Source: Akkermansia sp.
GTDB taxonomy: Bacteria; Verrucomicrobiota; Verrucomicrobiia; Verrucomicrobiales; Akkermansiaceae
Direction: 5' to 3'
Assembly (NCBI GenBank): GCA_045657815.1
Contig: JAZOTV010000082.1
Coordinates: 1 to 42,376, forward strand
Length of the DNA: 42,376 bases
The position numbers and the translations under genes are program-made. Of this stretch, positions 35,094-42,376 are shown piece after piece. The notes under the pieces were generated by a model that saw nothing but the letters and a program-made list of their open reading frames with translations, was not told the DNA's origin and did not search any database. Positions within the stretch are counted from its first letter, which is position 1. Each line of letters begins with the position of its first letter.

Positions 35094-36110
35094 TTACTTA
35101 CCCTTCACCAGCAGCTCGGCAATCTGCACGGCATTCAGGGCGGCGCCCTTGCGCACCTGGTCACCCACAACCCAGAGATTCAGGGCGTTGTCGATAGCAA
35201 TATCCTTGCGGATACGGCCTACATAGCAGGTGTCACCATTGGTGGAATCCAGCGGGGTGGGCCACACGTTGTTAGCCACATCGTCCATGAGCTCCACGCC
35301 AGGCATGCCATCGAAGCAACCGCGGGCACCTTCCACATCCACCGGCTTCTCAAACTGAGCTATGCAGGAGATGGAGTGGCTGCGGTACACAGGTACACGC
35401 ACACAGGTGCAGGTCACGTTCAGCTCCGGCAGGCCCATAATCTTGCGGCCTTCGTTGAGCATCTTAAGCTCTTCCTTCGTGTAACCATTATCGGCAAACT
35501 TGTCAATCTGGGGCAGCACGTTGAAGGCAATCTGGCGGGGGTAGGTCTTGATTTCCACGGGGTGACCATCCACAATGGCACGCACCTGGTTCTCCAGCTC
35601 AGTGATACCATGCTGCCCGCTACCGGAAACAGCCTGGTAGCTGCTGGCCACAATGGTCTTCAGGCCATACTTCAGGTGCAGGGGGTACAGGGCCATCAGT
35701 GTGATGATGGTGGTGCAATTCGGGTTGGCAATGATGTTGCGGGGGTGGTTGAAAGCGGCATCACCGTTGATTTCAGGCACTACCAGCGGCACATCGGCAT
35801 CCTGACGGAAAGCGGAGGAGTTATCCACCACCACGCAACCGGCGGCACCGGCGATGGGGGCGAACTCACGGGAAATATCACCACCGGCGGCAAAGAGGGC
35901 AATATCCACATCGCCGAAGGAATCAGCCGTAAGCTCCTGCACAGTCAACATCTCGCCGCGGAAGGCAACCTGTTTACCAGCAGAACGATGAGAAGCCAGA
36001 AGTTTAAGCGAGGCCAGCGGGAAATTGCGAGTCTCAAGGCAGGAAAGAATCTCGACGCCCACCGCACCGGTGGCGCCCACGATAGCTACTCTGGGATTAT
36101 TCATGTTCAT
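35094..36110 (-). CDS. asd: Aspartate-semialdehyde dehydrogenase
   Basis: GATGAVG, DNSSAFR, VPEIN, ANPNCTT, YQAVSGSG, CVRVPV, DQVRKGAALNAVQIAE. Confidence 0.98.
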   Translation of the reverse strand: MNMNNPRVAIVGATGAVGVEILSCLETRNFPLASLKLLASHRSAGKQVAFRGEMLTVQELTADSFGDVDIALFAAGGDISREFAPIAGAAGCVVVDNSSAFRQDADVPLVVPEINGDAAFNHPRNIIANPNCTTIITLMALYPLHLKYGLKTIVASSYQAVSGSGQHGITELENQVRAIVDGHPVEIKTYPRQIAFNVLPQIDKFADNGYTKEELKMLNEGRKIMGLPELNVTCTCVRVPVYRSHSISCIAQFEKPVDVEGARGCFDGMPGVELMDDVANNVWPTPLDSTNGDTCYVGRIRKDIAIDNALNLWVVGDQVRKGAALNAVQIAELLVKGK

Positions 36111-36237
36111 GAACGATTAGTTTACAGGATGATTCATGTGCCCGGGGCACGCGCGTAGTATACACTCTTTTCTGCACTTTTCAAGCCTAAAGGAAACAGA
36201 TATTCTGCGTTTTGCGTTCATTTCACACGCAGACCCT

Positions 36238-36278
36238 CAAAACAATACATCCGGCAGTCTCGCGGAGAACGCCGGATG
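36238..36278 (-). terminator. Terminator after hpt
   Basis: CATCCGGC/GCCGGATG stem followed by TATTGTTTT on the minus strand. Confidence 0.55.
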
Positions 36279-36303
36279 CCATAAAAACTGGTTCTGGTAC
36301 GAA

Positions 36304-36816
36304 TCAGGCCTCGATATAGCCGATGTAGGGCAGATTGCGGTACTTGCCGTTATAATCAAGGCCGTAACCTACCAGGAAATAGTCATCACAATGAAGAGCG
36401 CAGAAGATACGTTCGCAATCGAAAGCACGGCGGGCATTCTTATTGATGGCCACCGTGGCAGCCACATTCACGGCCCCGTTTTCATACAATGCGTCGCTCA
36501 CCTCCTTCATGGTAAGCCCGGTATCCAGCACATCATCAATCACCAGCACATTCTTACCGGCGCAATCCGGCAGAGCATTATGCCACTTGAGCTTGCCCGT
36601 GCTTTCTGTACCGGTGTAGCTGGAGATACGAATGGTGGCCAGCTCGAAATTCGGAGGCAGGCAGCGCAGCAGGTCTGCCGCATACCAGATGGCTCCGTTG
36701 AGCAGGCAAAGAGCCACAACGGGTTCTTTGTCGCCAAAGCAGGCTTCAATTTCCTTGGCCACGCAGCGCACAGCTTCCTGAATCTGTTCGGCGGTATAAA
36801 GAGTCTTGATATCCAT
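36304..36816 (-). CDS. hpt: Hypoxanthine phosphoribosyltransferase
   Basis: LNGA, SSYTG, VLVIDDVLDTGLTM, FLVGYGLDY...YRNLPYIG. Confidence 0.93.
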   Translation of the reverse strand: MDIKTLYTAEQIQEAVRCVAKEIEACFGDKEPVVALCLLNGAIWYAADLLRCLPPNFELATIRISSYTGTESTGKLKWHNALPDCAGKNVLVIDDVLDTGLTMKEVSDALYENGAVNVAATVAINKNARRAFDCERIFCALHCDDYFLVGYGLDYNGKYRNLPYIGYIEA

Positions 36817-36937
36817 AACAACGTTCAGTGTAAATTCTAATCATTAGGGACCGATGCCACAGGGTACACCACCAGAAGCGGAAAAGCAAGCTCTTATCCT
36901 TGCAATATTTCCCCGGAGCCGTCGGCTGGTTCCGTTT

Positions 36938-37663
36938 TTAAGACAATTCCGGGCCATCGCCGGCAGCATTCCCCCGCACCCTGGCAAACAACTTATCCCA
37001 GAGCGGGCACACCTTGAAGAACCACCCGATGATGAAACCCGTGCTCACGGCGCAAATCAGCGATCCTTCGCGCACACCGACCACTTCACCCCAGACAATC
37101 AGCGAGAGCACCGCGGCAATGGCAAGCATCGAGCAATCCACCCCCACCTTCACACGGCTGAAACGCCAGGAGAAAGTACGGCTCAGCGCCAGGCAGAACC
37201 CCTCGGCGGAAAGGGGCACCATATCGGCCTTCACGTATGTAAAGATACCGAATGCACATATCACGCAGCCCACGACAGTATAAACCAGGGAGTAGATATA
37301 GTTGTCTGCGGGCAGAAGGCTTGTATAGCTCAGGCAGAAATCCAGCATGCCACCCAGAACAAACGCCATCACCACCTGCAGCAGCTGCACTGGCTTGTAC
37401 CGGCGGCGCAGCAGCAGAATCTGCAGCAACACCAGCAGCACATGCACGCAGATAAGGAGACGCCCCAGCGTGAAGAAACTGTACCCCATGCCGCCCGGTA
37501 CATCGCCCAGCACCAGGTGGCATACCAGCGCAGGGCTGGTAATGGCATCCGTGCCTAAATCAGCAAGCACAGTAAAAGCAATACCCTGAGCCAGCAGGAA
37601 CAAACCAAGAAGAAGGCAGAACAGGCGCAGGCAGATTTCTTGAAAAGTACGTTTCGAGTTCAT
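36938..37663 (-). CDS. YczE/YyaS/YitT family membrane protein
   Basis: ADLGTDAITS, TLG, PLSAEG, VKVGVD, GVREGSLICA...G. Confidence 0.88.
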   Translation of the reverse strand: MNSKRTFQEICLRLFCLLLGLFLLAQGIAFTVLADLGTDAITSPALVCHLVLGDVPGGMGYSFFTLGRLLICVHVLLVLLQILLLRRRYKPVQLLQVVMAFVLGGMLDFCLSYTSLLPADNYIYSLVYTVVGCVICAFGIFTYVKADMVPLSAEGFCLALSRTFSWRFSRVKVGVDCSMLAIAAVLSLIVWGEVVGVREGSLICAVSTGFIIGWFFKVCPLWDKLFARVRGNAAGDGPELS

Positions 37664-37756
37664 CGCTGTGGCACGATTCTACCGGATAGAGGACAGCAAC
37701 TCAAGCGCTAATAGGCCAGGATATAGATTTTCTATCTGGGTTGCAGGGATTTTTGA

Positions 37757-37785
37757 TTGCATGGGCACAGGCTTTCTGCTAGGAT
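37757..37785 (+). promoter_or_regulatory. sigma70-like promoter, probably leaderless transcript
   Basis: TTGCAT-N17-TAGGAT with TG extension, 6 nt before ATG 37792. Confidence 0.6.
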
Positions 37786-37791
37786 GCAAGC

Positions 37792-39807
37792 ATGTTAAAA
37801 CGAATCCTGACCCTGGTTCTGGCATTCATGTTCGCGGGCACCGCTCTCGCAGACTGGATGTCTCCGCATGATTTAAAGCTTGAAAAACAGGCACCCTCTG
37901 CGCTGATTCCCTTCCCCCGCGAGGTAAATTGGGGAAATGAGGAGCTGAAACTCCCCGCTGCTGAGGGCTGGAAGCTGAAAGGAGACCCGTCAGAGGCTGT
38001 CAAGGTGGCATGGAAGGGACTGCTGGGCGATATCAAGAGCGGCGAGAAAGGCACCCTGAATGTAGTACTGAAGAAAGCAGGTGAGAAACTTACCGCCGAA
38101 GAAACGGCAGAAGGTTACATTCTGAGCGTTAAGAAGAAGAACATCACCATCGAGGCTAATACCCCGGCCGGTTTCTTCTACGCGCTCCAGACCCTGCGCC
38201 AGCTGGTGCATCATCGCAAGGCGCTGCCGCTCTGCACCATCAAGGACTGGCCCGCATTCCGCTACCGCGGCTATATGCAGGACTGCGGTCGCAATTTCCG
38301 CACCATTGAGCGCCTGAAGAAAGAAATCGACCTGGCAGCCCGCCTGAAGGTGAACACCTTCCACTGGCACCTGACCGATTACCCCGCCTGGCATGTGCAG
38401 TGCAAATCCTACCCGGAGCTGAATGACCCGAAATACCGCACCCGCGACAAGAATGACACATACAGCTACGCCGAAATCCGCGAATTGTTCGCCTACGCCC
38501 GTAAGCGCTGCATAACCATTATCCCTGAGCTGGACATGCCGGGGCACAGTGCCTATTTCGAGCGCGCTTTCGGATTCAAGATGCACACGCCGGAGGGCAT
38601 GAAGATTGTCGAGAAACTACTGCACGAATTCTGCAAGGAAATACCGGCAGACCTCTGCCCGATTGTGCATTTCGGTGCAGATGAAGTGCGCATCCCGAAT
38701 GCAGCGGAATTCGTAGGGCTCGTCACCAAAGTGCTGCTGGGGCATGACCGCATTCCGGTGCAGTGGGCCAGCAACCGTGACCTGCCTGTGGCAGATACCT
38801 CCATCGAACAGCGCTGGGGCGAAGGCCCGAACACAGCAGATAAGTCCATCAACCCGGAGCGCATCACCCGCCGCGCATTCGACTCCACCATGGGCTATGC
38901 CAACCTGCTGGATCCGGCCATGCTGGTGCGCCGCTATTTCTTCATGCGTCCCTGCGGCTCTGCCAAGGGCGATGAAAAGAAGCTGGGTACCATTCTCTGC
39001 TACTGGCCGGATGGCAAGGTGGACAAAAAGGAATGGATTCCCGGGTTCTGCACCATGTGGCCGGGCATGATGGCCATGGCCGAACGTTCCTGGATTGGCG
39101 GCGGAGCCAATGGCGATGCCCTGCCCCTGGATATGCCGGGTCCGGATACCGAGGCCGCCCAGGCCTATTCCCTGTTTGAGCAGCGCATGGCGAAACTCCG
39201 CAAGAGCATTTATGCCCAGGAGGATTTCCCGATGTGGTACGAAAGCGGCCTGGCTTGGAATGTGACGAACCCGCTGGCAAAGGACGCAGTGGAAGGAGCC
39301 CGCAAAGCCATGCTGGATGGAGACACAGCCAACACCCGCAAGGCCTACTGCGCCAACCTGTATTTCCGCACCCGCCCGGATACCGGCTACCTGGGTATGT
39401 TCATGAATGCCCGCCCCGGCGCCACAGTGCTGGCCAGCACTACCATCACCGTGAAGAAAGCCGGAAAACACCCGTTCATGATTGGTTTTGATGCCCCTGC
39501 CCGCTCTAACCGCCGCTGGACCGGCGTGCCGAAGAACGGCGAGTGGTCCCAGACCGGCACCCGCATCTGGATTAACGGCACAGAAGTGCGCAACCCGAAA
39601 ACCTACCGCCACGCCGGCAAATTCAGCCACGGAGGCAACGCCTGGAACTTCGAATCGCCGCTCGACCCGGAGGAAATCTGGTGGGTGCAGGAGCCTACCG
39701 AGCTTGAACTCAAGAAAGGAAAGAACACTATCGTCATCGAGCAGCCCTACATCGGAGAGCACCAATCCTGGGGTATTTCCTTCATCCCGCTGTTCAAGCA
39801 CGAATAA
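37792..39807 (+). CDS. GH20 beta-N-acetylhexosaminidase
   Basis: Signal peptide, LIPFP, EGYIL, FYALQTLRQL, DWPAFRYRGYMQDCGRNF, HWHLTD, IPELDMPGH, catalytic HFGADE. Confidence 0.95.
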   Translation: MLKRILTLVLAFMFAGTALADWMSPHDLKLEKQAPSALIPFPREVNWGNEELKLPAAEGWKLKGDPSEAVKVAWKGLLGDIKSGEKGTLNVVLKKAGEKLTAEETAEGYILSVKKKNITIEANTPAGFFYALQTLRQLVHHRKALPLCTIKDWPAFRYRGYMQDCGRNFRTIERLKKEIDLAARLKVNTFHWHLTDYPAWHVQCKSYPELNDPKYRTRDKNDTYSYAEIRELFAYARKRCITIIPELDMPGHSAYFERAFGFKMHTPEGMKIVEKLLHEFCKEIPADLCPIVHFGADEVRIPNAAEFVGLVTKVLLGHDRIPVQWASNRDLPVADTSIEQRWGEGPNTADKSINPERITRRAFDSTMGYANLLDPAMLVRRYFFMRPCGSAKGDEKKLGTILCYWPDGKVDKKEWIPGFCTMWPGMMAMAERSWIGGGANGDALPLDMPGPDTEAAQAYSLFEQRMAKLRKSIYAQEDFPMWYESGLAWNVTNPLAKDAVEGARKAMLDGDTANTRKAYCANLYFRTRPDTGYLGMFMNARPGATVLASTTITVKKAGKHPFMIGFDAPARSNRRWTGVPKNGEWSQTGTRIWINGTEVRNPKTYRHAGKFSHGGNAWNFESPLDPEEIWWVQEPTELELKKGKNTIVIEQPYIGEHQSWGISFIPLFKHE

Positions 39808-39832
39808 GAGAGAATTGAACCAATCGCTATCC

Positions 39833-39873
39833 GGAAGCACCTTCTCCCAGGAAAGAAGGTGCTTCCTTTTTTT
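39833..39873 (+). terminator. Intrinsic terminator
   Basis: 13-bp stem GGAAGCACCTTCT/AGAAGGTGCTTCC followed by T7. Confidence 0.88.
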
Positions 39874-39981
39874 CCAACAGTTTGCGCCATGACACCCAAC
39901 AATAGGCTGTGAACATGCAAGAATCTTGACTTTGGCCCGTATTCATAGTACAGACATAGACAACAACCGTACATCATATAT

Positions 39982-40935
39982 ATGAAGAAGACGTACATTA
40001 TGATTCTGGCGGGTCTGGCTATTGTGGGTGCATCCACCACCTATTGCCTGTCCCAGGATAAGGAAGTTGCACTCCCCGCACCTGCAGCAGAGGAAATGGC
40101 CACGGCTGAGGCTCCTGCCGCAGTTGCAGCCCCCGGTGCACCCGCAGCTCCCGCAGAAGTATCTGCCGAGGAGGCCAAGAAAGCTTTCTCCTACTTCATC
40201 GGCTACCGCTTCGGGCAGGAAGTTTCCGCCGGTGCCACCACCCTCTCCATTGAGGACTTCGACAAGGACACCTTTTTCCAGGCTCTTTCTGAGAGTCTTG
40301 CCGGCCAGCAGCCCAGCATGGATCAGGCCGCAATCGAAGCAGGCATGAATACCTTTGTCATGGCCATGCAGCAGCGCGAGCAGGTGAAGGCTGAGGCTAA
40401 CCTGGCCGCAGGTAAAGCTTACCAGGAGGAATTTGCCAAGGGCGAAGGCGTGACCAAGACTGAGTCCGGCCTGCTCTACCGCGTCATCACCGCCGGTGAG
40501 GGTGCCAGGTACAACGCCGAAACCGACGGCCCCGATGCACTCTGCAACGTAAGCTACGAGGGCAAGCTGATTGATGGCACGGTGTTCGACAAGAGCCAGG
40601 CTCCTATCGACATGCCCATCAACCGCGTGGTGCCCGGCTTCTCTGAGGCGCTGAAGCTCATGCCCATTGGCTCCACCTGGGAAGTCTGCATCCCCTCTGA
40701 TCTGGCCTACGGTGCACAGGGGCCCGGCGTTATCGGCAACAACGCCACGCTCATCTTCACCATCACGCTGAACTCCATCTCCAAGGCCCCGGAGCCCCAG
40801 ATGAACACCCAGTCCCTGCAGCAGCTCCCCCCTGAGATTCTGCAACAGCTCCAGCAGCAGGGTCTCGAGATTGACGCTGAGGAAGAGGGAACCGACGAGC
40901 CCGCTTCTGAAGAAGCAGCTCCCGAGGAAGCCTGA
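39982..40935 (+). CDS. FKBP-type peptidyl-prolyl isomerase (FkpA/Mip-like)
   Basis: FSYFIG dimerisation domain, TESGLLY, YEGKLIDGTVFDKS, VVPGFSEAL, IPSDLAYG. Confidence 0.95.
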   Translation: MKKTYIMILAGLAIVGASTTYCLSQDKEVALPAPAAEEMATAEAPAAVAAPGAPAAPAEVSAEEAKKAFSYFIGYRFGQEVSAGATTLSIEDFDKDTFFQALSESLAGQQPSMDQAAIEAGMNTFVMAMQQREQVKAEANLAAGKAYQEEFAKGEGVTKTESGLLYRVITAGEGARYNAETDGPDALCNVSYEGKLIDGTVFDKSQAPIDMPINRVVPGFSEALKLMPIGSTWEVCIPSDLAYGAQGPGVIGNNATLIFTITLNSISKAPEPQMNTQSLQQLPPEILQQLQQQGLEIDAEEEGTDEPASEEAAPEEA

Positions 40936-40960
40936 TTTTTCTCTACCAGCTCTTTTCCTG

Positions 40961-41001
40961 GCACCCATCCTGCCCGCATGGCAGGGTGGGTGCTTTGTTT
41001 T
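40961..41001 (+). terminator. Intrinsic terminator after FKBP
   Basis: 14-bp stem GCACCCATCCTGCC/GGCAGGGTGGGTGC followed by TTTGTTTT. Confidence 0.8.
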
Positions 41002-41040
41002 CAGCAGCTGCCCGCTGCAGCAAAGCCGGGAGGAGGGAGT

Positions 41041-41086
41041 AAGAAAAAAGCCTCCCCGTGATTCGATTCCATGAACCACAGGGAGG
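41041..41086 (-). terminator. Intrinsic terminator after GH35
   Basis: Minus strand CCTCCCTGTGGTTC/GAATCACGGGGAGG (2 G-U) followed by CTTTTTTCTT. Confidence 0.72.
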
Positions 41087-41110
41087 AAAGAAGAGTACTG
41101 TTCTACCGTA

Positions 41111-42376
41111 CTACCACTGGTTATTGAGACTCTTTGTCTCCTTGTGTACCTCCATGTTGCGCTCCGTCTTTCCGGAAATGGCAGGCGGCGTGTCGGTGGT
41201 CATAAAAAGGTCGAGAATCTCGATGGTGTTGGTGCCCTGTTTCAGGAATTCCCCGGGGCAATAGAGACGCTCCTGCGGGCCGACATTCCAGTAGCGACCC
41301 AGCAAGTGGCCATTTACCCACACGTAGCCCTTCGCCCAGTCTTTCATATCCAGGAAGGTATCTATGGGATTCTGCAGTTCCACCTCTGCAAGATAGTAGG
41401 CACCCTTCTCAGTACCCCTGGCCCGTGCGGCACGGCAGGGGCTCTGATTCTCCAGGTCCATGGTGGATACCCGCCAGCCGGTCAGCGGTTTATCGCCCAA
41501 TGTCACCTTGCCGATGAGGCCCTTGCGGTCTTTCTCCAGGAACTTGGAGAAATTCACATGGCCGAAGGTATCCACCACAATCTTGAGCACAGCATCCGTC
41601 TTACGCTCCGGCAGGTCGATACTGCGCTGGTTCAGGCGGCGATCCATGGTGCCGATAAACTGGTCATCCACATAAACCAGGGCGAAGTCCTGCGGAGTGC
41701 AGTGCAAAGTCGCGGCGGGACCTGCAGGCAACTGGGTATTGTAAATGGCTATACCCTGATTCTGCCCCAAGGCCTCCAGCGTCTCGGGATTCTTGGATTT
41801 TCCCTTGCGGTGGGGAGCCTTCAACTCGTGGAATCCGCATACCTTCCGAGGCGTGAAGGCCGGAATCTCCATGGCCACCGGCTGCACCGGCTCAGGCACA
41901 TCAGCCCCTTCCGGCAGAGCAGCCTTGATGATATCGCGGTATTCAAAATACTCCTTCGTGAGATTGCCGTTTTCTCCGATGGGTGAGCCGTAGTCATAGC
42001 TGGTGAGGTCAGGCTCGAACTTGGAGCCGTCGCCATTGGTGTTCGAGCCGGCGGTAAGGCCGAAATTCGTACCGCCGTGCAGCACAAAGATATTAAAGGA
42101 CACGCCGTCGCGCATATACCAGCGCACCGAGTTGAGCGTGTTGCGGCTGGGGGTCCAGTTACCCTCGCCCCAGTGGCGCAGCCAGCCGGCATACGTCTCG
42201 CTGGAGAATACCGGTACGCCGGGAGCCACGCGCAGCGCGGTCTGCATCTGCCAGGCGTTATCGGCAGGGTCCAGGCCCACGGCCACGCCACGGGGCACAA
42301 AGCGCAGGTGGTGGTCAGCGCTGCCCTCGGAAAGGTAGAACGGGCCAGCCCCCTTCTTTTCCCAGAAATTCTTGAG
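41111..42376 (-). CDS. GH35 beta-galactosidase (5' part outside the window)
   Basis: Frame open to the window edge; SETYAGW..HWG, HGGTNFG, TSYDYGSP, FLDM..WAKG.VWVNGHLLGRYW.VGPQ..LY.P. Confidence 0.95.
   Translation of the reverse strand, partial: LKNFWEKKGAGPFYLSEGSADHHLRFVPRGVAVGLDPADNAWQMQTALRVAPGVPVFSSETYAGWLRHWGEGNWTPSRNTLNSVRWYMRDGVSFNIFVLHGGTNFGLTAGSNTNGDGSKFEPDLTSYDYGSPIGENGNLTKEYFEYRDIIKAALPEGADVPEPVQPVAMEIPAFTPRKVCGFHELKAPHRKGKSKNPETLEALGQNQGIAIYNTQLPAGPAATLHCTPQDFALVYVDDQFIGTMDRRLNQRSIDLPERKTDAVLKIVVDTFGHVNFSKFLEKDRKGLIGKVTLGDKPLTGWRVSTMDLENQSPCRAARARGTEKGAYYLAEVELQNPIDTFLDMKDWAKGYVWVNGHLLGRYWNVGPQERLYCPGEFLKQGTNTIEILDLFMTTDTPPAISGKTERNMEVHKETKSLNNQW

Overview
GC-rich bacterial chromosomal window. 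Gene content and order (LpxL-GT9 fusion, hom-lysC-TPR-TPR-murJ, GH20/GH35 glycosidases, SD-poor starts) suggest Verrucomicrobia, probably Akkermansia-like; this is inference without a database search. About 40 kb is housekeeping or lineage-specific core: trmO, Nudix, FAH, pyrD, DUF1015-serA, ArnT-like fusion, metF, pgsA, M23, TPR proteins, sufT, murJ, lysC, hom, ispA, asd, hpt, GH20, FKBP and a partial GH35. The exception is a ~1.4 kb accessory remnant (about 11670-13085) at the 3' end of tRNA-Arg(CCT). It is bounded by a degenerate att-like repeat and paired arm-type repeats, and carries a truncated integrase 5' end. It retains an apparently intact cassette: a promoter, a structured ~105-nt leader and a 29-aa hydrophobic ORF (below the ORF-track cutoff), followed by two tandem ~125-nt RNA genes. 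The two RNA bodies are 113/115 identical and each has its own promoter-like boxes and terminator-like hairpin. The best hypothesis is an undescribed RNA-regulated small-peptide (type I toxin-antitoxin-like) module with duplicated, non-overlapping RNA regulators. All product calls come from motif recognition by eye.
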